In this document: positions 14,204 through 26,447 of the stretch, piece after piece | Position numbering within the stretch: position 1 is the stretch's first letter | Layout: every line of letters starts with the position of its first letter | Source: Okamejei kenojei | Lineage: Eukaryota | Assembly (NCBI GenBank): GCA_035221665.1 | Contig: CM069155.1 | Location: forward strand, 29,946,001-30,010,000 | Length of the DNA stretch: 64,000 nucleotides | Direction of reading: 5' to 3' | Notes under the pieces: generated by a model | Seen by the model: the letters and a program-made list of their open reading frames with translations, nothing else | What the model was told of the DNA's origin: nothing | The model's database searches: none | Position numbers and translations under genes: made by a program

Positions 14204-16372
14204 TTAAGATAACAAAGAGGAAATAGAAAAGGAAGCTTTGAGATTATTCTGACAAAGATGGGAGGTAATTGTAAGGTATAATCTTAGCTGAGAGTATCAG
14301 GAAAGATAACCCGAAATGGTAGAATTAGTCGCATAAGAAAGGACAAAAGACTCTTTAGGAAAATATCATTAACGTTACAATTAATCAAGAGATAACAGCC
14401 TTGAACACAAGTAATGTAAATGTCCTAGGAGTTTTAACTGGATAAATTGACATTGTAAAAGTAGTTTGAAAAATAATTTCAAATAGTTTATTTGAAACCA
14501 TATCCTGGAGCAATATACATTGGAATCAAACAGGAAACAATTTATCTTTTCTTCTTGGGTAATGAGATTAGTAATTAGTAGTATTAATTAATTAGTAATT
14601 GCATAAAATGACCCTCCAGGAAAGGATTCAACCAAAGTGTGGTTGCATTCAAGAGCCACAAATTTTCAGAGTCGTCTTCATCCTAAATAAATGTATGTAC
14701 ACAAGAACGAGGTGGCAGATTCACAGAGACAAGCGATGTTATTACACTCAAACAGGTCCTTCAATCCACCCAATCCACATTGGCTATCAAGTCCCCACTT
14801 TAGTTACACTATCACATATTCAATTGGAGAATGTACAATGGAAAAATGCATGTTTTCTTGATATGATAGAATCATTAAACTTTGCGGAATAGGAAGTGGC
14901 TTTGCCGGTGAAAGCACTGCTTAAGAACTCTAGAAAACATGGAGCACTTCCCATATCTTCACAGGTGATGTATCGGCAAAAATAAACATCAGTGATGAAA
15001 TTCACCACCATCTTCACTGCACTCACAGAGTCTTTGGTCAAATATGGTAAAAAGGAACCTCTAAACAGGCGAAAAAAATAAATCATGGTCAATAGACAAT
15101 AGGTGCAGGAGTACGCCATTCGGCCCTTTGAGCCAACACCACCATTCAATGTGATCATGGCTGATCATCCACAATTAGTACCCCGTTCCTGCCTTCTCCC
15201 CATATCCCCCGACTCTGGCAATAGTGCTCTCAACCAGGCAATAGTGCTCCCTGTCTTCCCCTGGACTTCCTTCAGCAGACATCTCAAGGATCTGGAACAT
15301 GCACATTCCACACAGATTGTACACAGGGGCATAATTGAACCTGTGGCTCTGCAGCGGAATACTGCACCGCAGTGGGACCCAGGTTATTCTCAGCAATGCC
15401 TGAAGCCCAACTCCTATATTGCAAGATTCGTCATGGGAGGAGATTCCCTGGTGGACAGCAGAAAAGTTGCAAGGACGTGTAGAAAGCTTTTTCAAAGATG
15501 TGCAACACCCTCTTTGACTCATCAAAATGGAGAATGAGCATTTGGATGCTTTTGAGAACCTTGAGGCCTTGCATTGAGAAGCCCCATCTAAGCAATGGAA
15601 GGAGCACACAAACCACAAATGCATCTTCTCCTGCTCCTTTTTTGGAAAGTCTGTGGTTTTCCCCAATGGCCTCATCAGCCACCTCAGAATCCAAAAAAAC
15701 ATAGCTCAAGTAAGTTATCCTTGATCCAGAGGGATTGCTGGAGCAGTCACAGTAGCAAAAGTAGTAGTAGTTTCCATCAAGCTGAGGATTTACCTCAAAC
15801 TCTCATCAGACACTTTTTCTTCATCCATTCTCATTTTCCTCATTACCAGCTGCAAAACAGCAGCTGAACCTGTGGCTCCTGCCACAGAGACAATTATAGC
15901 ATTGTGGAAAGGAGATGTGTTAAGATTGCATCCTATGATCAATTTTTAATGTTCACAATTGATCATACCAAAACAACTAAACCAAAAAATGTTTTCTTTC
16001 ATTTATGGGTCTATGTAAGGGGGAGGGGGGAGTCAATATATAAATTGGTGGAATAATTGCCAGCCAAACCTGATGCTTCAATATTGTGGTTTGGGAATTC
16101 ACAAGCATTGCCAGTTTCTAGTTATGTCACACTGATCCAAGAACAGGTCAGCTCGCATTTTATTCTTGCCCAGCATCAATGAAAAATGTTTGCAAAAGAA
16201 AGATGTATGATTGATTGTAAAATAAAATTGAAACGCAAGAGAAAAGTATTTCCCCTAATTACTGAATTAATTTCAATTCAATAACATATCTATTATAATA
16301 ATATCGATTTCATTCTGATACAAGTATAAGTGTGAAATGGAGCAACATTAGAGAATCCATCACAATCCTTAC

Positions 16373-16443
16373 CAGGAGATATCCATAATAGATTTATCAA
16401 ATAATTCATGGATCACCACCAGAGGGCGTTTCAGGCAAGTAAG
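16373..16443 (-). CDS. HIRA: HIRA coding exon 10 (LTCLKRPLVVIHELFDKSIMDISW)
   Basis: Hand translation; CAG acceptor and GTAAG donor; 71 bp. Confidence 0.96.
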
Positions 16444-16952
16444 CTGTTGAAACAAAGCAACAAGTGAACACTAGCCTGTTTGACTGAAATATGTTGTTTC
16501 TTTCATTCAAGAAGGCCATTTAAGACTCTAGCAAAGCAAATCAAAGCCAAATGCTCATGCACAAAATAAATCAATTCCAATTGAAGGTAGAGGCCTAATC
16601 ATAGGTTATAATGTGTGCCTTAAAGGAGAAACAGACAATAAGCCAGAGAGAATTCATGGATCTACAAGAATTAGAGCATGGACAGGAGAAGATTAATTAT
16701 GTGATCAAAGAAGTGGGCCGCCCCAGAATTGCAGAAATGCACAGCTGTGCATTTACTTCTGTTATGAAGGTCATAACAGAAGTAAATATCAGATGTCTGA
16801 AGGGATTCAAACAGAAGGGTTCAAAGGATCTGAGAGTTAATGTAATTCAGCAATGTGGTGATTACGATATGGAGAAAGAAATACAGATAACATTTTAGAT
16901 CAATTAACTTTATTTAAAATTGCAAAATGTTAGAAATAAATCATGTTTCCAC

Positions 16953-17700
16953 CGGGTGGCGCTGTCAGTGTTGGCAGCCTTGCCAATGGTCTTTCTGTCT
17001 TTTTTATTATTTTTTGTGTTTTTAAAAGTTTGTGTTAATGTTCTCTGGTTTGTTTAATGTGGGGGGGGGGGAACTTTTTTTTCAATCTCTTACCTTGCCG
17101 GAGATGCGATTGTTTTCCGAATCGTATCGCCGGTCGCTCTGCGGCCTAACATCAGGGAGCTGGCAGCCTTGCTCGAGATTGACTTTGAGCCCCACCGCGG
17201 AGCCCTGGACTTAACATCGGAGCCTGTGATCCCTTGCCTGGGATCGACGCTCCAACCCCAGCCTGCGGATTTCACCATTGAGGAGGTCGCAGTCTTGGGT
17301 AAAGACCGATATCGGGAAGCTCCAAAGAGGTTAGACTAGCCCCAACCCAGGGTCCGATCGCCCGGCACAGGGAAGCTCAGATGCCCCGCGATGTGGGAGC
17401 TTGATCACCCCTACATGGAGGGCCCGACCGCCGGCTGCGGGAGCCATGATCGCCCCGTCAATGTAAGGTTCAAGGCCCCCGACCGCAGGAGAAGAAAGGA
17501 AGAGATTGAACTTTTTTTTTTCGCTTTCCATCACAGTGAGGAATGCGGAGGAGTCACTATGGTGGATGTTTATGTAAAAATGTATTTTGTGTGTCTTTTT
17601 GCTTTTTATTGGTATGGCTGTATGGTAAATCAAATTCCTTGTATGTTGCAAAACCTACATGACTAATAAAGTATGATTATGATTATTATTATGATTATGT
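16953..17700 (+). mobile_element. Non-coding GC-rich retroposon with AATAAA and (TATGAT)n tail, probably a non-autonomous LINE partner
   Basis: CpG-rich body; tail aaattccttgtatgt...aataaagtatgattatgatt. Similar head at about 63873 and similar tail at about 63185. Confidence 0.6.
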
Positions 17701-17901
17701 TTACGATACAGAAAAATAATATCTTGAGGGGAAAGAAAGTCAAAGTAAGGGAGCATAGAATCGAGCATGTCTATGACACGGTGAAAAGTCAGTTTATCTT
17801 TCTTGAGATGTCACCCCAAGAACAAGGCAACTAGGTCGACACAAAAAAAAAATGGAGTAATTCAGCGGGATAGGCAGCATCTCTGGAGAGAAGGAATGAG
17901 T

Positions 17902-17929
17902 GACGTTTCGGGTCAAGACCCTTCTTCAG
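17902..17929 (-). ncRNA. Putative minimal hammerhead core in a dispersed Penelope-end repeat
   Basis: CUGAAGA-A-GGGUCUUGACCC-GAAA-CGUC. Confidence 0.55.
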
Positions 17930-17986
17930 ACTAAACCATCATCTGCAGTTCCTTCTTACACAAGGCATCTTGGTCTCTGGACTTAC

Positions 17987-18100
17987 CCAAACAGAGAGGG
18001 ACCGGTCTTTACTCCCCACCGCACAGCAACAGTAAGGACAACTAGGCTTATTGGAGCTCCCATTCCGTGGCTTCTTCTTAAATATCTTAGGGTTAAATTT
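17987..18100 (-). CDS. HIRA: HIRA coding exon 9 (KFNPKIFKKKPRNGSSNKPSCPYCCCAVGSKDRSLSVW)
   Basis: Hand translation; tttAG acceptor and GTAAGT donor; 114 bp. Confidence 0.96.
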
Positions 18101-20339
18101 CTAAAGATGGGAATAGAAGAACAACGTCAGCATCAGATCAACAAAACGCCGCTTTACATCCAACGTATAAAGAAACTGCTCATTCACTCAGTCTTCTGAT
18201 CAGCAGCATATTCAGACACATAGCCCATTTTAAGTGCACACCACTAAATAGAATTTAATGGTATATTGAACCTAATGAAAAGATCACAGACAAATGTTTA
18301 TAATTCACGGTTTTAAATAAACAGATAAACTTGGGCACCGATGTAAGTTGGGACAGCTCTCTGTTCTTATATATTATGTTGAAACTAAAAACTGATCATA
18401 ATTGTTTAAGTTTTTCTATTAGTGCAATAACCAAACTATAATAAATAAGCTTGGCCTATCCTTCTCTTATGTCCAGATGATCCTCTTCCCATCTACAAGT
18501 ATAGGTAACATGTACGCCTGACAGTTGCTGGCAAAGATTATTCCTTTCACTCACGTCATTATTTGCATTAAGCCAAAACCCAGTTTATTATTTATAATGT
18601 CATTAAAGAGTCCATTTCAGTAATAAGAATTGCCATTACATCAATGTTTTCACTTTCAGCATTAGGGCTACATGTAAATGCGCTCCAATGTTTTAAATAT
18701 ATTTCATAATTATGATGAAGTCGATGTTACTCTCATCAGGGAGTAAAGCAACAAGAAAAAGGATAATCACAAAAAAAGCCAAGATGGGAATCTAAAATAA
18801 AAACAGAAAATAGTGAAAACACAACAAATTAGGCAGCAACTGTGAAGAGAGGAAAAACACACCTTATTTTTTAGCAGCATTCACAGAAATCAAAACTAAC
18901 CAGTGTAAAGCCCTGGGGGAAAATGCACAATCTTTCAGCACATTCTGTACTTCATCCGTTCTGTACTTTCCTTAATTGCATGTAAAAACATTCATATTTA
19001 TGACAAACATCCCTTTTTCTCCTATATTGTCTAGAGCCAAGTTGCCACAAACTGGAAATGGCTTAGTGATCAGACCCGCAGCTCAAAGTCTGAAGCTTTA
19101 GCTTTCATCCTATGTCAAAGACTTCAGGGCTTCCTCAATCATCACTCTGAAGTACCACCATGGGAGTTGTGCTCTATTCAAGGCAATATCTTCTGATAAG
19201 ATGTTAGACTAGCGATATAAAAGGTCTCCTGGTGTCCTTGCAAAGTAGTACAAGAGGATTTCTGTAATTTTCTGAAACATATGCTAGATCAGTATTTCCT
19301 TGGTTTCCTCTTCTCATCTTTTTGAATTGACAAAGTGACGATCACAATTTTCCAATTTAAAGAAATTACTGCTGAGGAAAGATAACTATAGTTCGGCCAA
19401 CATTTTTACTACTTCATAAAATTTGAAATGTAGAGCACAGAACAAAGCATTCATCGCACCTGTCCACGTCAAACCAAACTGACCAATGAAGGCCAATCCA
19501 AATCCCAGCTCTTGGGTCATAGCATCTAAAGTTACAACTTGACTATGGTGAAGGTTGCTGCCTGCACGACAGTTTCAGAGTGATCCCATCAGTTTTGGGG
19601 GGGCGGGGGGGGGGATCTTTAATTCACTAACTCTTCTATCAATTACCTTGAAAATATTTTTGAGCTATTGAACATGATGCCAAAGGAAATTGCTGAAACA
19701 ATTTCTATAATTTTTATTTGGCAAATTGCTGTGATGTTAGAGATCAGAATGGAAACATTTGCTCTGCACAACATCCGGAATCCGTGCGATCAGACCAAGC
19801 TATCTTGCAACCACTTGGCTAGTCAAATGGTAAAGTAAAATCCCTGATCAAGAATGCAATTAAAGACTACTATTTGAAAAAATATTTAGAAATTTCCATG
19901 TCCCAACCTTCTGTGGAGTGGTCATAGTTTGTATCAGACTGCTCTATCACCCACCAAATGGAGCTCAGGGCCTGGCAGACATTGACGCAGAGACAACAAC
20001 CCGGCTGCTCAACACCCAGCTTGAGATCTAACTATTTATTTGGTTTATGTTTCATTCGCAAGAAGAAGAAGTTCAAAAAAGTGGAACTACATTACATCCA
20101 CTTCAATGGTACAGCAGGAAACTGTTTTCAGGGAGGTGCATCATTAATGATAACTACAGGATTTTCACATTTACTTGGGCATCACCTATTATCAGAAATT
20201 GCCATAAGATGTTAGGCTCGTTATTATGACAGAAAATTCTTGCCGATTAAACTATTTCCTACTCTTGCTCTCTCCTTGTATAAATCGAAACACTATGCCA
20301 AGTGCTATTCTGCAGGGTTCAAAATGTGAGAACACTTAC

Positions 20340-20507
20340 CACCACCGTCACTGCTTTACGATGACCAACAAAGTCCATATTTGTTTTCCAGCCATCCCGT
20401 TCAATGATCTGGGCTGTGGGGCCCGAGTTGTTCATCGCATGCGCAGATACGAGGTAATGGCCATCTGGGGACCAGCTTAAACGCAGTACGTGCGTCGTGC
20501 CTGCACA
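20340..20507 (-). CDS. HIRA: HIRA coding exon 8 (CAGTTHVLRLSWSPDGHYLVSAHAMNNSGPTAQIIERDGWKTNMDFVGHRKAVTVV)
   Basis: Hand translation; ttcAG acceptor and GTAAGT donor; 168 bp. Confidence 0.96.
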
Positions 20508-20649
20508 CTGAAGGGAGATAATAACAATCTTATGGACCGCTAATGATGCATGACCACGTAAACCAAGAGAACATACACCAAATATCTTAGTAATAATGGA
20601 ACTTAAGACATTGCAAATTTAAAACACTGAACCAGGGGCTTTTTTGTTC

Positions 20650-23600
20650 TTTCAAAAAAGCATTGAAGGCAGAAGGTAGTGGTGACTGGGAGATTCTATG
20701 ATTGGAGGTCTGTGACCAGTAATGCAAGGATCAATACTGCACCTCTGTTGCTTATGATATGTATCAATGGTCTGAATGAAAATGTAAGTGATCTGATTAA
20801 CAAGCTTGCACATAAGATAAAAAATGGGGTTGTTGTTCATAATGAGGAAGGTTATCAAAGGGTATAGCAGAAAATGAATCAGTCGGAATTTAGGTAGCGT
20901 TGGTGAGCACTTCGGGACCAGTGATCACAATACCATTAGTTTCAATATAATTATGGAGAGTCAGAACTGGACCTAGGGTAGAGATTTTTGATCGGAGAAA
21001 GGCTAACTTTGAGGGAATGCGTAAGGATTTTAAAGGAGTGAATTGGGACACTTTGTTTCATGGGAAGGATGTACAAGAGAAATGGAGGACATTTAAAGGG
21101 GAAATTGTAAGAGTACAGAATCTTTATGTCCCTGTTAGGTTGAAAGGAAATAGTAAAAATTGGAAAGAGCCATGGTTTTCAAGGGAAATTGGACACTTGT
21201 TTCGAAAAAAGAGAGATATCTACAATAATTATAGGAGGCATGGAGTAAATGAGGTGCTAGAGGAGTATAAAGAATGTAAAAAAAAAAGGATAACAAGGGA
21301 TAAAATTGGACCATTAGAGAACCAGAATGGACAGCTATCTGCAGAGCCAAAAGAGATGGGGGAGATATTGAACAATTTCTTTTCTTTGGTATTCACCAAG
21401 GAGAAGGATATTGAACTCGGTGAGTTAAGGGGAAAGAGTAGAGTAGCTATGGAAACTATGAGATTCAAAGAGGAAGAAGTACTGACACTTTTGAAAAATA
21501 TAAAAGTGGATAAGTCTCCAGGTCCTGACAGGATATTCCCTAGGACATTGAGGGAAGTTAGTGTCGAAATAGCAGGAGCTAAGACAGAAATATTTCAAAT
21601 GTCATTAGAAACGGGAATAGTGCCGGAGGATTGGCGTACTGCGCATGTTGTTCCATTGTTTAAAAAGGGTTCAAAGAATAAACCTAGCAATTATAGACCT
21701 ATTAGTTTGACGTCAGTGGTGGGCAAATTAATGGAAAGGATACTTAGAGATAATATATATAAGCATCTGGATAAACAGGGTCTGATCAGGAACAGTCAAC
21801 ATGGATTTGTGCCTGGAAGGTCATGTTTGACAAACCTTCTTGAATTTTTTGAAGCGGTAACTAGGGAAATTGATGAGGGTAAAGCAGTGGATGTTGTCTA
21901 TATGGATTTCAGTAAGGCCTTTGACAAGGTTCCCCATGGAAGGTTGGTTAAGAAGGTTAAATCTTTGGGTGTTAATGGCGGAGTAGCAAGATGGATTCAA
22001 CAGTGGCTGAATGGGAGATGTCAGAGAGTAATGGTGGATGGCTGTTTGTCAGGTTGGAAGCCGGTGACCAGTGGGTGCCTCAGGGATCTGTGTTGGGTCC
22101 ACTGTTGTTTGTCATGTACATCAATGATCTGGATGATGGGGTGGAAAATTGGATAAGTAAGTATGCAGATGATACTAAGATAGGTGGTGTTGTGGATAAT
22201 GAAGTAGATTTTCAAAGTCTACAGAGAGATTTGGGCCATTTGGAAAAGTGGGCTGAAAGATGGCAGATGGAGTTTAATGCTGATAAGTGTGAAGTGCTAC
22301 ATCTAGGCAGGACAAATCAAAATAGGACGTACATGGTAAATGGTAGGGAATTGAGGAATGCTGTGGAACAGAGGGATCTAGGAATAACTGTGCATAGTTC
22401 CCTGAAGGTGGAATCGCATGTAGATAGGGTGGTAAAGAAAGCCTTTGGTGTGCTGGCCTGTATAAATCAGAGCATTGAATATAGGAGTAGGGAAGTAATG
22501 TTAAAATTGTACAAGGCATTGGTAAGACCAATTCTGGAGTATGGTGTACAAATTTGGTCGCCTAGTTATTGGAAGGATGTCAACAAAATAGAGAGAGTAC
22601 AGAGGAGATTTACTAGAATGTTGCCAGGGTTCCAGCAACTATGTTCCAGAGAAAGGTTGAACAAGTTAGGTCTTTATTCTTTGGAGCGCAGAAGGTTAAG
22701 GGGGGACTTGATTGAGGTCTTTAAAATGATGAAAGGGATAGACAGAGATGACGTGGATACGTTTTTTCCCCATTGAGGGTAGGGAAGATTCAAACAAGAG
22801 GGCATGACATGAGAATTAAGGGACAGAGGTTTCGGGGTAACGTGAGGGGGAACTTCTTTACTCAGAGGGTGGTGGCTGTGTGGAATCAGCTTCCAGCAGA
22901 AGTGGTGGAGGCAGGATCGATTTTAACATTTAAGAGTAAAGTGGATAGGTATATGGACGTGAAGGGAATGGAGGGGTATGGTCTGAGTGCAGGTAGATGG
23001 GACTAGGGGAAAACAAATGGTCGGCACGGACTGGAAGGGCCGAGAGGGCCTGTTTCAGTGCTGTAATTGTTATATGGTTATATGGTTAGAGAAGAAATTG
23101 AGTTTAATCTGGACGAGAGTGAGGTGTTGTATTTCGGGAGGTTAAATGCAAGATGAAAGTTTATAGTAGATAGCAGCAACATGAGATGCATCGATGTAGA
23201 GAAGGATCTTGGGGTATAAGGAAGGGTCCCAAAACATCACCCATTCCTTCTCTCCAGAGATGCTGCATGTCCCGCTGAGTTCCTCCAGCTTTGTGTGTGT
23301 ATCTTGGGATATAAACCTCTGTACCAAGGAACAGTGAAAAGCTTTAAAGAGGGTGCAGAAGAGATTCAACAGGATGTTCCCTAGATTGGAGAGTATTAGA
23401 TACAAGGAGATGTAGGATTATTTTGGATTATTTTATTCTGGAGGTTGGTGGTTGAGGAACAAATTGATTGAAATATATAAAATTATGAGAGGCACAGATA
23501 GGGTAGATAGTCGGAAATATTTTTTTCCCCCCAGGGTGGAAATATCAAGTATTAGGGGTTGTTGGTTATGTAAGAGTGCCGTTTATTTTAATATAGAGAG

Positions 23601-23770
23601 TGGCATGTCCCTGAAAAACGCTAGAAGGGAAAGTGGTAGAGGAGGCATTTAAGATGCATTTAGACCGACACGAGGAAGCAAGGAGTAGAGGATACAGAGC
23701 ATACAGATGGGATTTGTTATATTGGCTTCATAAACAATGCAAACAGAGAGGATCGAAGGGCCTCTTCAAT
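20650..23770 (+). mobile_element. Older degenerate CR1 interrupted by CR1 copy 1 and by a Penelope-end repeat
   Basis: 20650-20896 and 23089-23770 are colinear, decayed CR1 RT and 3' sequence on either side of copy 1. Confidence 0.75.
20897..23088 (+). mobile_element. Young 5'-truncated CR1-clade LINE, copy 1 (frameshifted RT)
   Basis: ORFs 21017..22156 and 21991..22776 with KSPGPD, NYRPISLTS, DFSKAFDKV, PQGSVLGP and YADD motifs; (GTTATATG)n 3' tail. Confidence 0.96.
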
Positions 23771-24034
23771 GTTATGTGGTCTGGGTATTTGACTATTACA
23801 TTTCCAAATATAAATTTACATTTAATAGACAATTTCAAATAAAGCTACCATAAAGTCTTTAACTCACCTGAAGAACAAGGCGTACAAGTTTCAGGTGACC
23901 AATTCCAACTGTCTGCCACCTGTCCGATGGAATTAGTCCACTTTCCAAATAATACCCGCTGTTGTGCAATACTGTTCTATATCAAGATATTCATGCATCT
24001 CAAGATAATTGCTGATCAGAAAGAAATAGAAACC

Positions 24035-25003
24035 AGGTCCAAAACCAGGGGGGAGGGGGGGACACACACACACACACATCCCTCCCATGTTTTGAGAGGA
24101 GGGGGACAATTCCCCCTCCCCCCCCCCCCCCCCATGTTTTGTAATCCGGAATTTGAAATTCAGTGAAGAAAAATCTATTCAAATCTCCACTTTCCGCGAG
24201 ACAGTGGGGGTGTCACTGTTAAGTGCTTCTTATATGTTTCTATTAACATTGTATTAACACGATGTGTCACCAATTGTGTTTTGACCTTCAAGTGTTACTG
24301 AAGGTGTTCACGGAGAATTTCATAAAACTGTTTGTTGCGGGTACAATTACCATTTGAATTAATTGGCTGTATTGGTGAATGGGAAAGATTTAAACGGGTA
24401 TCGGGTTTAAACGGGTCAGGTCATTAAGGGCTCCGGTCGAACGGGTTTCCTGGCTGGCTTGCAGGTAAGTCCCTCATTCACGGTCACTCATGTTTTTTGG
24501 TTTTATTCCCCCCATCTCTCTCTTCCACCCCCCCAGGTTGGTTCTTCTGTTTGCCTTTATTTGCTTCAGTTTTATTTGTTTAAGTGTTATTTATCGCATT
24601 GTAGCTTTTGAAAGATTCAAGCGGATATCAGACGCTTTCTAAGGGCTGAATTGGCCCGTTCGCAGGGCCTTTCATCGCCTGGTGCGGAATCTTCCATCCA
24701 GCAGTCAAACTGCTGCGTCGAGGCGATCGAGGCTCCCAATGTTAAAGCCCCCGACGGGCGATGGAAGATCCTGCGGCCGATTTTAAGCCGCGCCGGGCGA
24801 TGAAAGGCCCCGCAAACGGGCCGATTGAAGCCCCACGATTCGGGGCGGACGAACCTGCTGTTGCCGGAGTTCGGAGTTGGTCACCAACCAGGTCCAGCTC
24901 CGATGTTACCGGCCAAAGCCCCTGAAGTCTTGCGTGTGTGTGCGCGCGCGCGGCCACCAAGAAATTGTGTGTCCCCATGTTTTGATAGCGATTTCCGCCC
25001 CTG
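24035..25003. mobile_element. GC-rich insertion, possibly an hAT-like non-autonomous element
   Basis: Right end reads CAGGGGCGG...caaaacatggggacacac on the - strand, with a degenerate match at the left end; no TSD found. Confidence 0.4.
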
Positions 25004-25891
25004 CGGTTACCCATGCTAACATACCATTTATGGATGCCTCTTATTAATGTCACACTCCCTTTCAAATATCTCACCACCAACCCCCTGTTCAAAAGCCCAC
25101 CTTTGTCCTCCGTGCCTTGCAAACTAACCCCATTTCCAGCCACTCCTTCCTTTACAAAGTCCTGGGAATGGAGGGGGCAGTACATACCATGTTCATTTAC
25201 TTTAAGTTAATTCTTGTAAAAATACTATTCCAGTATACTATTCCAAATAGTTGTTAATCATACCTGCTGACAATGTTGCTGTAAGTGCTCAAGAATAAAC
25301 TGATGCACACCATCCACTCCTCCCTGCATTTCTAGATAAATGCTGACAGATGTTGCACTAGTGTCTTTCATAAGTTGAATTTAATTAATTCTTCAAACAT
25401 ATATTTTCTGAGTAAATTGGTGTTATCTATTGCAGTTGACTACTCTAGGCCATATGGCCCATCTCACATTGAATTCATCAACTGATGCAGTGTTAAAGCC
25501 TTAATTAATCTAAAACATAGATTCAGGGTGCCATATGTTGAAGAACAAGCAAACAGTCATAAAGTGCTCCAGGAACTCAGTGGGTCAGGGAGCATCTCTG
25601 GAAGGCATGGGTATGTGACGTTTTGGGTTAGGACTTATCCAGCACCAGCACTTTGTGTCCTTTTTATAAACCAGCATCTGCTGTTTCTGTATCAGTGAAC
25701 AAAAGGTCATCTGTTGATCACTTGAAATTGAGTTTGAATGCAGTGGCAGGAGAGCAGGAAGGAAGGGTGCCAGGTTTATGATAACTATAGAAAACCTATA
25801 GTTCCAGAGATATCGACAGGACTTGCGTACATGGCTAAAAACAGAAAGGAATTACTGGACAATAGTTGGGACATTTGCTGCATGTACATAC

Positions 25892-26052
25892 TTCATCAAA
25901 GGGCTTAGTAATGTTGGTCTCCAGCTGCCAATCCATGGTCCTCCACACTTTTAAGCTCCGGTCATCAGCTTGGGATGCAATGTACTTTCCAACAGGGTCC
26001 CAGGTGAGACCCTTTACCAGGCCCGAATGACCACGTAATGTTGCAATGATTT
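25892..26052 (-). CDS. HIRA: HIRA coding exon 7 ([54 protein letters not shown])
   Basis: WD40 repeat in ORF 25835..26080; CAG acceptor and GTATG donor; 161 bp. Confidence 0.97.
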
Positions 26053-26351
26053 CTGTAAGAAAGTGTTGAAAAGCTTTCACAGCTTATTCATCCTTGAAGC
26101 TTACAACGTTTCCAACCAATCGCAACCCCCCATAACTTGTGCAACACCCATAACCTGTATGATCAACTATATTGTTGTTATACTTGAGAGTTCAAATGTC
26201 ATGATAGCAATAGATTCATAGAAAACAAATTCTACATGAACTGGAAACAAGGAATAACTTTGCTGAAAGTGAATTTCACCACTGCCTTGTGAGAGATTCC
26301 TGTGTATACTAGTTTCAGTTTTGTCTTTACACCAATGAACATCAAACTCAC

Positions 26352-26447
26352 CTGGGAACTTCAGGGCATTCCAGATAACAACAGTATTATCAATACTGCA
26401 GGACGAGAGCCAAGCATCGTGGGGTGACCAGGCCAAGTCCATCACAT
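26352..26447 (-). CDS. HIRA: HIRA coding exon 6 (DVMDLAWSPHDAWLSSCSIDNTVVIWNALKFP)
   Basis: WD40 repeat in ORF 26167..26526; CAG acceptor and GTGAG donor; 96 bp. Confidence 0.96.

Noticed and set aside
13641-14226. Several overlapping ORFs of 66-158 aa
   Set aside because: They fall inside the GC-rich composite MITE; no transposase motifs
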